Source of the DNA: an uncultured bacterium
Lineage (GTDB): Bacteria > Auribacterota > Erginobacteria > Erginobacterales > Erginobacteraceae
Direction: 5' to 3'
DNA: 64,000 nucleotides
Assembly: GCA_963822585.1 (NCBI GenBank)
Contig: CAWGIE010000010.1
Span: 64,001-128,000 of the forward strand
The notes beneath the pieces were generated by a model. The model was not told the origin of the DNA and ran no database searches. It saw nothing but the letters and a program-made list of their open reading frames with translations. This document shows, one piece after another, positions 21,479 through 31,120 of the stretch; position 1 is the first letter of the stretch, and each line of letters opens with the position of its first letter. A program made the position numbers and the translations under genes.

Positions 21479-22153
21479 ATGAACCATGAAATCTCAAAAG
21501 CATGTAATCAAACAGACGCTATTCTTTGGAATGCGTATGCCCGAAGTAACCAAGGTGCTTGCTCAACTCATTTATTCTTTCCACAATATCGGAGTAAGGG
21601 GCTGCGTGTCAGTGAGCAGGAGAGTAGATTTGCTTTTGTTGAGGCACTTTCTAAAAGCTCGCTGCTGTACTCTGTCGAAGCGCCGACCAGCAAGACTTAT
21701 CGATTTAGTGGCGATAGCGAGAAAAAGCAATCTGCTCAAACAGACTTGGCCGTATACAACCTTAAAGGAGAATATATTTGTAGAGTTGAGTTCAAATCAC
21801 AAGGGTACAGCCTTAACAGAAAAAATACTTCCGATATTTACAAGGACATACAGAAGCTATTGCGCGAGCCAGTCTGGGGGTTATGGTTTCATCTTCTGCG
21901 TAGTGTATACAATCCGACCATCAATAAGCTTTTTGATGTAATGACCAATAAGATTCAAGAAGTTAGAAGTGAATTTAAAGATATCGATACAGAAGGACTA
22001 ACAATCCATGTGTGTGTTTTGAGGCATGGGTTCTCGTTGCAAAGAGATATACCCCTTGATGGTAGAGCAAATCTTTCTGTTGACCTTAAAGTGTCACGAT
22101 CAGAATTGCTCAGTATTGATAATTTAAATGGATGGTCTCTTAACAGGCGATGA
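21479..22153 (+). CDS. Hypothetical protein, possible PD-(D/E)xK nuclease
   Basis: AT-rich ORF with GGAGG RBS; SEQE, QTDLAVY and VEFK motifs. Confidence 0.55.
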   Translation: MNHEISKACNQTDAILWNAYARSNQGACSTHLFFPQYRSKGLRVSEQESRFAFVEALSKSSLLYSVEAPTSKTYRFSGDSEKKQSAQTDLAVYNLKGEYICRVEFKSQGYSLNRKNTSDIYKDIQKLLREPVWGLWFHLLRSVYNPTINKLFDVMTNKIQEVRSEFKDIDTEGLTIHVCVLRHGFSLQRDIPLDGRANLSVDLKVSRSELLSIDNLNGWSLNRR

Positions 22154-22190
22154 TTATCCGCCAGCTCCTGTCCAAAGCCTTAATCGTTTC

Positions 22191-22267
22191 CGCTCCCGCG
22201 CCCGCAGGCTCTCTCCGCGGAGGCGGCTTTGCCGCCTAACGCTCGTTCGCTCTGCGACCGCGGTCGC
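22191..22267 (+). repeat. Island repeat R, copy 2
   Basis: Near-identical to copy 1. Confidence 0.95.
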
Positions 22268-22343
22268 TTAGATTCACCATGAGAAATAATGCCTTTAAAA
22301 AACTCCGCCAGGTTCTCGGTGCCTACGATTCAGGGAGCTAAAG

Positions 22344-22410
22344 TTGACTTGCACATGCAATATTTTATTGCAACTACAATATTGACTTGCGCGTGCAATC
22401 GAAGTATATT
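22344..22410 (+). promoter_or_regulatory. Sigma70-type promoter with two palindromic operators
   Basis: TTGACT-17 bp-TATATT (22382-22410); TTGCACATGCAA (22349) and TTGCGCGTGCAA (22387). Confidence 0.6.
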
Positions 22411-22449
22411 AGTATCGAAGCTGGAAAACCAAGATAAGAGAGAACCAAG

Positions 22450-23496
22450 ATGAGAAAAAATGAAAATAGGTTTGGCTCCTACCGACCGGATTGGGAAATG
22501 GATGGAGTCCTGATCGAAGTTAAAATGCGGCTCCAGGCTGTTCGCGGTGTCCGGGAGAGTCTTCTGCAATTGGCTTATGTATTGGCCGAACAGCCGGACA
22601 AGCGCGCGTTCCTCCTGCTGATCAATCCCCGCATAACCGAATCACGCCTTCGGGATGAGTGGGAAAAAACCCGGATGACGTTCCGGCCGGATATCGTTAA
22701 CCGCCTGAGTATAGTTGTCTCCAGAGAGGACCGCTTCATCGGTATTCCGGAAGATCCGGATCCCGAATATATCAATTTTCTGGAGCAGGCCAGTAAAAAG
22801 GAGCTGTTCCGTTTAGGAACTCCGCTGCCCGCTCCCGACTATGGTGCCGAGATTCTCAAGATCCTGGTGTACCAGTGGCTCATGAAGCGCGGATCGATGA
22901 CCTCCGTCTGGCTTTCTGAAACGACCGGCTGCAACTATCGAACGGTGGCCAAGGCATTGAAGGGTCTGGGTCGCGTGATTCTCTGGCATTCCGATAAGAG
23001 CGTTGAACTTCGCTATTTTCCGAAAGACGCCTGGATTCGAATGCTCGCAATGCTGGATAAATCACGCTCGACTATAAGGTATGCCGATCGCTCCGGTCAG
23101 CCTCGCTCTATTGAATCACTGTTGCGAAGACTGAAAAAAGTAAAAATGCCAGAGATTGCCGTCGGCGGGACTCTTGGAGCCAGGCATTACTATCCGGAAC
23201 TCGATCTGGTCGGTACTCCCCGGCTTGATCTTTCGATTCACTGCACCGGCAAACACGCGGATCTTGACTTTATCGAAAACCTGGACCCCGCCTTAAAACA
23301 GGAAAACGATCCGGACGTACCAGCCAATCTGGTCCTCCACTTCATCCGCCGGGAAAATCCCTTCTTTGAAAAGGGTTCCGAAGGCATTGTCTGGGCCGAC
23401 CCGGTTGAGTGCATTCTCGATCTTCAAGAAATTAGGCTGGAACCCCAGGCTCTTGAACTTCTCAATGCTCTCAAACCCAAGGATGAAGTCAGGTGA
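22450..23496 (+). CDS. Winged-HTH protein with AbiEi-like (type IV antitoxin-like) C-terminus
   Basis: Central HTH (LSETTGCNYRTVAKAL); C-terminal VWADPVECILDL motif. Confidence 0.55.
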   Translation: MRKNENRFGSYRPDWEMDGVLIEVKMRLQAVRGVRESLLQLAYVLAEQPDKRAFLLLINPRITESRLRDEWEKTRMTFRPDIVNRLSIVVSREDRFIGIPEDPDPEYINFLEQASKKELFRLGTPLPAPDYGAEILKILVYQWLMKRGSMTSVWLSETTGCNYRTVAKALKGLGRVILWHSDKSVELRYFPKDAWIRMLAMLDKSRSTIRYADRSGQPRSIESLLRRLKKVKMPEIAVGGTLGARHYYPELDLVGTPRLDLSIHCTGKHADLDFIENLDPALKQENDPDVPANLVLHFIRRENPFFEKGSEGIVWADPVECILDLQEIRLEPQALELLNALKPKDEVR

Positions 23497-23505
23497 AAAA
23501 GTGGC

Positions 23506-23534
23506 TTGACTTATTCGCAATTCGCGAATAGCGT
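23506..23534 (+). promoter_or_regulatory. Promoter with overlapping palindromic operator
   Basis: TTGACT-17 bp-TAGCGT with TATTCGC aattc GCGAATA in the spacer. Confidence 0.5.
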
Positions 23535-23540
23535 ATCTCT

Positions 23541-24068
23541 ATGAATATGAAACCACAAGACGTTCTCGTCACCCTAAAACTGTTAGCCTCGGGATGGCCC
23601 GGGAGCTATGCTGCGATGGGTATGCAGATAGGCCTAAGTGCTTCGGAGACCCATGCGGCATTTCGGCGTGCGCGCCAGGCTGGACTGATTCATCCGAAGG
23701 ATAATGTTCCCAACAAGTCGGCCGTGGCCGAGTTCCTTTTGCACGGCCTCAAGTACACGTTCCCGGGCCACCCGGGCCCACGGACACGGGGTATGCCCAC
23801 AATCCATGCGGCGCCGCCGCTATCCGAAGAATTTCGTTTATCGTCATCGTCCGATGAGGACATACCCGTCTGGCCTGATCCGGAAGGCAATCAGCGCGGT
23901 TATGAGTTCAAGCCCTTATGCAGATCTGTGCCGCTGGCAGCCCGCAATGATGCCAGACTCTACGAATGGCTGGTACTCGCGGACGCGTTGCGCGGCGGAC
24001 GCGCCCGAGAACGGGAAATCGCGTCGGCAATTGTCCGAAAACGTCTTCAAGATGAAATCCGTAATTAA
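23541..24068 (+). CDS. HTH protein, putative antitoxin of the downstream nucleotidyltransferase
   Basis: MKPQDV start, IGLSASETH helix, HGLKYTFP, DALRGGRARER; stop overlaps the next start. Confidence 0.65.
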   Translation: MNMKPQDVLVTLKLLASGWPGSYAAMGMQIGLSASETHAAFRRARQAGLIHPKDNVPNKSAVAEFLLHGLKYTFPGHPGPRTRGMPTIHAAPPLSEEFRLSSSSDEDIPVWPDPEGNQRGYEFKPLCRSVPLAARNDARLYEWLVLADALRGGRAREREIASAIVRKRLQDEIRN

Positions 24069-24756
24069 CATCGATGACCTCGAAACGGTGGCATTGCGGT
24101 TAGATATGCTCCGGGAGAAATGTGTATTCACGGGTGGAGCGATAATCGGATTACTATTGGATCACCCCGGTCTGGTTAGTGGCCGCCCTACAAAAGATGT
24201 GGATGTCATCGTTGAGGTCCGGACGCGCATTCAATACGATGACCTTGAGGAAAGACTGCGCCGGCTTGGATTCAAGCATGATATGTCCGAGGGCGCGCCG
24301 AAATGTCGCTGGTTAGTTGATGGCATCCGCGTGGACATAATGCCGGTGACCGATCAGACCGGTGGGCTTAGCGACAAATGGTTCGAGCTTGCAGTCCGAA
24401 CGGCGAAGAAATCGCGAGCCGGCAAAACTGAGATATGGATAGTGACCGCTCCATGTCTGATTGCGACCAAACTGGAAGCCTTCAAAGATCGCGGCAACGG
24501 CGATTTCATGGGCAGTCACGATATGGAGGATATTCTTACCGTCATAGATGGTCGTGAAGCGCTGGTTGAGGAAATCACTGCATCGCCGGCCGACATCAGA
24601 CAATTCATTGCGGACACAATAGCCGAGCTTTTGACAGATTCCGATTTCCGGGATAGTTTGCCCGGCCATCTGCCGCCGGACGATGCGAGTCAGCAGCGAT
24701 TACCTATTGTTCTTCGCCGACTGCAAGCAATCGCAGTGCTTTCAAACAGACATTGA
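24052..24756 (+). CDS. Nucleotidyltransferase, AbiEii-like toxin candidate
   Basis: VFTGGA, RPTKDVD, ATKLEAF..RG, SHDMEDI motifs. Confidence 0.75.
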   Translation: MKSVINIDDLETVALRLDMLREKCVFTGGAIIGLLLDHPGLVSGRPTKDVDVIVEVRTRIQYDDLEERLRRLGFKHDMSEGAPKCRWLVDGIRVDIMPVTDQTGGLSDKWFELAVRTAKKSRAGKTEIWIVTAPCLIATKLEAFKDRGNGDFMGSHDMEDILTVIDGREALVEEITASPADIRQFIADTIAELLTDSDFRDSLPGHLPPDDASQQRLPIVLRRLQAIAVLSNRH

Positions 24757-24820
24757 ATAAAAGCAAACCGTTCGCTCGCCGCCCGCAAAAGAGAGGATTT
24801 AGTAAACAAAAGCCTCAAGT

Positions 24821-25452
24821 TTGAGTGTTAAATCAGATAAATTATCCTGGAAGGGGAGGGTGGTTTCGGTTCAGCCGAGGATCCGGTTGATCGGGTCGTT
24901 CGATCAGCGCAATCATAATTACATGGGCTACGCGCTCCGGATCGCGGGAACGATCGGAGGCGAGGACCGGGATTTACGATCGGGATGGGAAGGCAGCCCA
25001 GGCCAAACATCAGTTCCGGGCGGGCGATGTTGTCAGCGGGGAGTCCCTCCCTGTCATGGATGACCGCCGGGAGGCGGTCGAGTTCTAGAAGACCAGCAAG
25101 CTCCGCCTGGTCGAGCGGGCCGGCGACGATTACAACGAAACCCCTCCCTGGCTGGGGACCCCGCCGACACTTGAAGCTACCGGGCCCGAGGCCACCGACG
25201 CCTGGCCGCCCGGACTTATAGCATTAGTTGCTCAACCTGTCTTGGGGTTGTCGGATGCCGGTGGAGATGATCATCGACCACTGGAATCCTTCCCGGAAGC
25301 AATTCGCTTTCAGACGTTCTGTTATGGGCCGAAGTCCTGCTCTCTCTATAAACCCGGCCCCAACCGCCGAATTTGGTTCCAAAGGGGATGGTTGGGAGGA
25401 AGAAGACTGGGTTGACGAGCAGGCCACCGAGACACCGTTCCCGGATAAATAA
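24821..25452 (+). pseudogene. Frameshifted hypothetical gene
   Basis: Protein-like segments (VQPRIRLIGSFDQRNHNYMGY; GCRMPVEMIIDHWNP; WEEEDWVD) spread over three frames with an internal stop. Confidence 0.7.
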
Positions 25453-26079
25453 TCCCTAAATTCCTTCGCTCCCGCAGCCGCAGGCCCTCTCCGCGGAGGC
25501 GGCTTCGCCGCCGAACGCTCGTTCGCTCTGCGGCCGCGTCCGTTTTTGGTTTCTTTAACTTTCTCGCTTTCGCGCGAAAGCGAGAAAGTGAAATCGAGTA
25601 GGGGAATTCAGGGTCTTCCCGAATAGAGGATATCGGGCATTGATTGGCCAAATTATGTCTGTTGTAAAACGTCGGTAGATATTGACAACTACCGACGTTT
25701 TGCAACATAGGATGAATAGTCCCTAAATCCCGTCGCTCCCGCACCCGCAGGCTCTCTCCGCGGAGGCGGCTTCGCCGCCGAACGCTCGTTCGCTCTGCGG
25801 CCGCGTCCGCTTTTTAGTTTCTTTCACTTTCTCGCTTTCGCGCGAAAGCGAGAAAGTGAAATCGAGTAGGGGAATTCAGGGTCTTCCCCGAATAGAGGAT
25901 ATCGGGCATTGATTGGCCAAATTATGTCTGTTGTAAAACGTCGGTAGATATTGACAACTACCGACGTTTTGCAACATAGGATGAATAGTCCCTAAATCCC
26001 GTCGCTCCCGCACCCGCAGGCTCTCTCCGCGGAGGCGGCTTCGCCGCCGAACGCTCATTCGCTCTGCGGCCGCGTCCGC
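25453..26079 (+). repeat. Island repeat R copies 3-5 (25467, 25734, 26003) within a tandem ~268-bp duplication
   Basis: Two near-identical units, each containing R and two further hairpins. Confidence 0.95.
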
Positions 26080-26092
26080 TCTCAGTTTTCCC

Positions 26093-26121
26093 TTGTGATA
26101 AATGACTTAAGAATTTAAAAT
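26093..26121 (+). promoter_or_regulatory. R-associated promoter
   Basis: TTGTGA-17 bp-TAAAAT. Confidence 0.65.
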
Positions 26122-26159
26122 AATTCCGGTCGGGGAACAAAACCGTCTAGTCAATAGCC

Positions 26160-26318
26160 ATGGCTAAACATCCTAGATCATTAATCTGTGAAAAATGCGG
26201 CGGGCGCCTGAAGTGGGAAAGATTCGAAAAAAACGGCGAACGCTTCAGGAAATACTACTGTTCGAAGTGCGGTTTTAAGACCGTTTATCAGCGGACGGAT
26301 GATTACGGTTACAGATAA
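26160..26318 (+). CDS. 52-aa zinc-ribbon protein (below the ORF-track cutoff)
   Basis: MAKHPRSLICEKCGGRLKWERFEKNGERFRKYYCSKCGFKTVYQRTDDYGYR; CxxC..CxxC. Confidence 0.7.
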   Translation: MAKHPRSLICEKCGGRLKWERFEKNGERFRKYYCSKCGFKTVYQRTDDYGYR

Positions 26319-26371
26319 GCGTTTCGTTCCGCTTCTCCCCTCACATCAGTTCCTCCGGGTCCAGTTCCTGT

Positions 26372-26448
26372 CGCTCCCGCGCCCGCAGGCTCTCTCCGCG
26401 GAGGCGGCTTCGCCGCCGAACGCTCGTTCGCTCTGCGGCCGCAATCGC
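26372..26448 (+). repeat. Island repeat R, copy 6
   Basis: Near-identical core. Confidence 0.95.
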
Positions 26449-26461
26449 TTCGAAATTCCTA

Positions 26462-26490
26462 TTGTGAGGATTGATCGAGAGGATTAAGAT
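26462..26490 (+). promoter_or_regulatory. R-associated promoter
   Basis: TTGTGA-17 bp-TAAGAT. Confidence 0.65.
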
Positions 26491-26584
26491 AAATTTTAGC
26501 CGGAAGTTTACGGTGGCCGCTTCATCCATGTTAATTATTTCAGAAAAGATGTTGCCTGATCTATAGGAGTAAATACGGGATAGC

Positions 26585-27574
26585 GTGACAAAGCGAAGAA
26601 AGAAATCTCGGCGATCAGGTGCTTACGGATCTCGTCAACGACATAATGCCCCAGCGCCAATGGGCATTAACGCCCTCGATAAGAAACTTGACACCATTGT
26701 CCAGGAGTCATTTCATGCCAAGATCCCACCGATCTTATATCACTACACGACTTGGGAAGGTGCGAGGGGCATTCTTATGAGCCGGCAGTTTTGGCACACA
26801 GAACACGCCTGCACAAACGATCCTGCCGAGCTCATAACAGCAGACGAAATCGTTACTAACGTTGCAATACAGCTTAGTCGAACAACAAACGGTCCTGCCC
26901 ATTATTTGCTTGATCAATTTATTGTGAACTATCCACGCATGAGGATTTCACAGATGACCCGAGTGTTCATCGCATGCTTCTCTAAGTCACGCGATAATAG
27001 GAAACAGTGGCGAGATTATGCGGCTAAGGGAAGTGGGCTATGCCTCGGAGTGAGTGTTCTCTCAGAGCGTACACCAATCAACGATGGACTTGTGCGTGCC
27101 CTTGTTCCGGTTGATTATTCAGTTGATTCATGGCAACAAAGAGTCAGTAAAAGCTTTTCTCAGATCTGCTCAGAAATAACATCTTTATCAGCAAGATATA
27201 ATCCTATACCGAAAATTGCCTTGGAATTGGGACTTAATGCGATTTTCAGAATTGCGGCTTTTGCTGCAGTTTCAGCCAAACAACCGCAATGGTCCGCCGA
27301 AGAAGAGTGGCGTCAAATTGTGGGCATCCAAAGAAAAGATGAAATTCAGCCAGATAAGAGGCAGGGATGCGGCAGGCCGATCCGGTATCTCAAGGTGTTT
27401 ATGCGCCAAAGCAGAAGACCTCTTGCGCTTGCGGAGATTATCATTGGTCCAAACCAAGACGAGAAGGCAGGGCGTGAAAGATTGGAGGCCCTATTAAACG
27501 AAGCTGGTTATCCCAATAAGTTCGCCCCTCTGCCGCAAATCTCTGCCTCGCACACTTTGACTGAATCCGAATAG
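26585..27574 (+). CDS. DUF2971-family protein
   Basis: LYHYTT, ND..E, IACFS..D...QWRDYA..G.GLCLG, K...W..EEEWR, IIIGP. Confidence 0.8.
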   Translation: MTKRRKKSRRSGAYGSRQRHNAPAPMGINALDKKLDTIVQESFHAKIPPILYHYTTWEGARGILMSRQFWHTEHACTNDPAELITADEIVTNVAIQLSRTTNGPAHYLLDQFIVNYPRMRISQMTRVFIACFSKSRDNRKQWRDYAAKGSGLCLGVSVLSERTPINDGLVRALVPVDYSVDSWQQRVSKSFSQICSEITSLSARYNPIPKIALELGLNAIFRIAAFAAVSAKQPQWSAEEEWRQIVGIQRKDEIQPDKRQGCGRPIRYLKVFMRQSRRPLALAEIIIGPNQDEKAGRERLEALLNEAGYPNKFAPLPQISASHTLTESE

Positions 27575-27650
27575 CTGCCGGCCGTCTAAACGAAAGTTAT
27601 AGTTGAGCTTTTCTTCAATTTCCATTCTTGCCAAATCACTCTAACCCTAA

Positions 27651-27726
27651 GCTCCTGCGCCCGCAGGCTCTCTCCGCGGAGGCGGCTTCGCCGCCGAACG
27701 CTCGTTCACTCTGCGAGCGCGTCCGC
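27651..27726 (+). repeat. Island repeat R, copy 7
   Basis: Near-identical core. Confidence 0.95.
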
Positions 27727-27739
27727 TTTCAATTTCTCC

Positions 27740-27768
27740 TTGTGAGAAATTGCTTTGGACTTTAAGAT
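27740..27768 (+). promoter_or_regulatory. R-associated promoter
   Basis: TTGTGA-17 bp-TAAGAT. Confidence 0.65.
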
Positions 27769-27825
27769 AGTTCTGTATGAATACATTCTGTTGACCTTCT
27801 AGACCACTCGGGAGAAGAAAAAAAT

Positions 27826-30237
27826 ATGAGCAGCGAGTATGAAGCTGGTAAACAAGCTATTGAAGGACTTGCAGCTTGGTACAAAAAAAACGTCGGGACT
27901 CGTAATGAAGCCACAACAAGGCTTCATCTCATAGACCAGTTACTTTTCGAATGCTTGCTTTGGGATAAACGAAGTGATTGTATCCCCGAGGAGAGATTTG
28001 ACGGTCGATACTCAGACTACACACTGTTGTGTCCTCGGAGAATACTTCTAGTTGAAGCTAAAAAAGAAGGTATTTATTTCGATATACCTTCAGGGCTTTC
28101 AAACCGCCAATATAAAATTCGAACGTTACTTAAAGACGTACCAAATTTAGGTGATGCTATTAAACAAGTAGCTAGTTATTGCCAAAGTCGGGGGGTTCCT
28201 TACGGAGCCGTGACAAATGGCTACCAGATTGTTGCATTCTTAGCAAGCCGAGATGATGGAATTCCTCCAGAAGAAGGAAGAGCTATTATCTTTGAGTCTA
28301 TTGATTCACTGGTCGAAGATTTTCAAACTCTTTGGAAAACCTTATCTAAGACTGGTGTTTCAGAGAGAAACCTTAGTAAGCTTCTTTTAAGTGCGGATAC
28401 TCCAATTCTCCCTAAGAAGCTTTCTGAATTGATATCTCCGTTTCCTGGTGTAAAGAACCGAAATGTAATCCAAACCGATCTGCAGATCCTATCAGATTTA
28501 ATTTTTGAGGACATAATCAGCTCTCCCGAGCTGGAAGACGAATTCTTAAAAAACTGTTACTGCAAGAGTGGAGCATTGTCTCAATATGCGCTGGTTAGCA
28601 AAGCTCTCCTTGCAAATAGGTATGCAGCTCTTTTTAAAGATATTCCCAAAGCACCGGTACTTCGTCCGGCTACAACAAAGAAGGGTATCTCAGAAGAACT
28701 TATTGCAGAAAGTTTTGCAAGACGCCCAGTTTTGCTGATTGGAGACGTGGGGGTGGGTAAAACCATGTTCTTCCGCCACTTCATTAAGATCGATGCAACA
28801 GATGTCTTTAGTAAAGCCATTGTTATCTATATTGATTTCGGGACGCAGGCTGCATTCTCTATGAGTATTGGTGAATATGTAACCGCAGATTTAGCACGTC
28901 AACTTCTGGAGGATCACGCCAAAGACATCTATGATAGGTCTTTCGTACGCTCTGTTTATCACGGAGAACTTCAGCGTTTTTCGAAAGGAATCCATGGATC
29001 ACTTAGAACAGTCGATCCGAAAGCATATGCAACTGAAGAGGTAGAATTCCTCAAAAGCAAACTTAATAATAACGAGACTTTTCTCAGAGATGCATTGCTT
29101 CATATCACCAAAGGGGAGCAGAAACAGATCGTCATATTTTTAGACAACGCAGATCAGCGTTCGGACGAAGTTCAACAGGAAGTATTCATCCTTTCCCAGA
29201 CGATTGCAGCTCAATGGCCAGTATCCGTATTTCTAGCCCTTCGACCTGAAACATTTCAACGTTCAAAAAAAAGTGGGAGTTTAAGTGCATATCACTTAAA
29301 AGCATTCACAGTATCTCCACCCCGAATTTCTGAAGTTCTATCGAAACGACTGATATTTGGGATGGAACTTACCTCTGGTCGTTTCCCCTTATCCACACTT
29401 GCTCCTGAGATAACAGTTGACTTTAATAAGGTCAAAATATTCTTATCTATTGTTAAGGATTCAATAGAGAGTTTAAGAGAGATTGTTGAAGCAATAGATA
29501 ACTTATCTGGCGGCAACGTTCGGTTGGCATTAGAGTCTGTGCGCAGACTCATTGGCAGTGGTCATATTGACACAAGAAAGATCCTAGAAAAATTTGAGAA
29601 ATCCGGCAGATACTTAATCCGTTTACATGAGTTTCTCAGAACTGTGATTTATGGAGATTGTGTGTACTTTGAACCAGATTCCTCATCTCTAGAAAATATT
29701 TTTGATATTATGGATCTTGACAGTAAAGAGCATTTTCTAGGGTTGATTATTCTGCAGTTTATTTTTTCGGAAGGGAAACGTTCTCGAACTCATGGTTTTG
29801 TTGATCTTGAAAATATTTATGATTTTGGTGGTGCTTTAGGTTTTCAGCCAAAAGCAATTGAATGGTGCCTTGAAAGATTTTGTTCGAAGCAATTACTTGA
29901 AACGGCTAATAGACTCAACCCGGCAAAAAATGGTATTTCCACTAGTGCAATCCGTATTACCACTATAGGGGCATACCACTTATTACGTTTCCCCGGTATG
30001 TTCCTGTATTATGATGCCATTGTCACCGATACACCTATATTAGAAGAAGAATATCGAACCAAGATTTGCGATGTTGCAGATATTGGAGATCGCCTAAATA
30101 GGTGTGAACTCTTTCTGGACTACCTTGATATTTCTTTTCGAGATCTAGATAGTGCCCGCTGTGGCTTGGAATGGAGAAAATTTAGTTCTCAAACTCGAGA
30201 GAATATTAATTACATTCGTACACGTGTGATACATTAA
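27826..30237 (+). CDS. HsdR_N-like restriction nuclease domain fused to a P-loop NTPase
   Basis: NEATTR..ID, YSDY..LVEAKK, GAVTNG; Walker A GDVGVGKT, Walker B VIFLDNAD. Confidence 0.8.
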   Translation: MSSEYEAGKQAIEGLAAWYKKNVGTRNEATTRLHLIDQLLFECLLWDKRSDCIPEERFDGRYSDYTLLCPRRILLVEAKKEGIYFDIPSGLSNRQYKIRTLLKDVPNLGDAIKQVASYCQSRGVPYGAVTNGYQIVAFLASRDDGIPPEEGRAIIFESIDSLVEDFQTLWKTLSKTGVSERNLSKLLLSADTPILPKKLSELISPFPGVKNRNVIQTDLQILSDLIFEDIISSPELEDEFLKNCYCKSGALSQYALVSKALLANRYAALFKDIPKAPVLRPATTKKGISEELIAESFARRPVLLIGDVGVGKTMFFRHFIKIDATDVFSKAIVIYIDFGTQAAFSMSIGEYVTADLARQLLEDHAKDIYDRSFVRSVYHGELQRFSKGIHGSLRTVDPKAYATEEVEFLKSKLNNNETFLRDALLHITKGEQKQIVIFLDNADQRSDEVQQEVFILSQTIAAQWPVSVFLALRPETFQRSKKSGSLSAYHLKAFTVSPPRISEVLSKRLIFGMELTSGRFPLSTLAPEITVDFNKVKIFLSIVKDSIESLREIVEAIDNLSGGNVRLALESVRRLIGSGHIDTRKILEKFEKSGRYLIRLHEFLRTVIYGDCVYFEPDSSSLENIFDIMDLDSKEHFLGLIILQFIFSEGKRSRTHGFVDLENIYDFGGALGFQPKAIEWCLERFCSKQLLETANRLNPAKNGISTSAIRITTIGAYHLLRFPGMFLYYDAIVTDTPILEEEYRTKICDVADIGDRLNRCELFLDYLDISFRDLDSARCGLEWRKFSSQTRENINYIRTRVIH

Positions 30238-30341
30238 GGTAGAAATCCGGACTATAACTCTCAGAGCAAGCCTTATACCCGGAACAGCTGTTACGGGCCT
30301 ATAGACTATAAGTATTTTTACCCGCCTTCAGTATTTCCCTT

Positions 30342-31034
30342 TTAGGCTTCTTGATCACAAAGACCTCCCTCCAATATCCCGACAATCTTGAAGGTTTTAT
30401 GATTCTCCATCAGTGCCGGCGGCGTCCTCTCGACGTGTAGCTTCCCGCCCGGGCGCCGGAAGTTACTTTTCTCCCCACCTTTCTCCAGCCAGAGCTTGAC
30501 CCAGAGGCCCCGGACGGCCGGGCTGCAGACGGTTTTTCTCCGGGGATCCAGGACGTGAATGTAATCCTCTTCTGGAAATCCCAGGTATTCCTGAATGAGG
30601 ATTGCCATTAGCTGGGGGGCGTCGTAGGCGGTGCCGTCAAGGAGCTCGATTCTCCGGTAGATGACTTGCCGATCGGCGGCAGACTCGATCCGGAAATCCC
30701 GGTAACGGCAGACGATATAGACCTTGTCGGGATTGAGCTTCCCTTCCTCAAGCTTCAGGTAATCCGCCCGGGGCGCCGTGACGTTCCAGCAGACGCCATT
30801 CATCAGGTGAATGATGAAATGAGTGCTGTAAATCCGGGGAGAATTGGGAAACTTCCACCGCTGGAAGGCGATGATTGCCCGTTGCGCGGCCGATTCCATC
30901 CAGTTTGATGCCGGCCAGAGGACAGTCCGCCCGGGTGTCCAATTGATGATGTCCCCGAACAGCAGATCCCAGATCCCCAGCCGGCGAAATCCGGAATATG
31001 CCCGGATGATTTTCTTTTTCTTGAAAATTCCCAC
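30342..31034 (-). CDS. Possible permuted papain-like (YiiX/YaeF, NlpC/P60) enzyme
   Basis: GDII, STH, YD and TVCS motifs with His before Cys; C-terminal TP. Confidence 0.55.
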   Translation of the reverse strand: MGIFKKKKIIRAYSGFRRLGIWDLLFGDIINWTPGRTVLWPASNWMESAAQRAIIAFQRWKFPNSPRIYSTHFIIHLMNGVCWNVTAPRADYLKLEEGKLNPDKVYIVCRYRDFRIESAADRQVIYRRIELLDGTAYDAPQLMAILIQEYLGFPEEDYIHVLDPRRKTVCSPAVRGLWVKLWLEKGGEKSNFRRPGGKLHVERTPPALMENHKTFKIVGILEGGLCDQEA

Positions 31035-31120
31035 TGGATGTTTTCCTCCCTACCTCTCCATCAATAGATGAAGTTCAAGGGTAGGGATTCAAAGTCCGGC
31101 TCGATCATGGACATAACCCA

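Noticed and set aside
23704..24051. N-terminal 116 aa of the 350-aa ORF
   Set aside because: Overlaps the upstream gene; the NTase domain starts at ATG 24052.
19488..27726. R repeats as a CRISPR array
   Set aside because: Repeats are ~77 bp with 190-3200 bp intervals containing genes; no cas genes in the window.
19488..27726. R repeats as attC sites
   Set aside because: GCCGAAC and GTTCGC occur but only ~4 nt apart, without the L-box architecture seen in the real attC at 9980.
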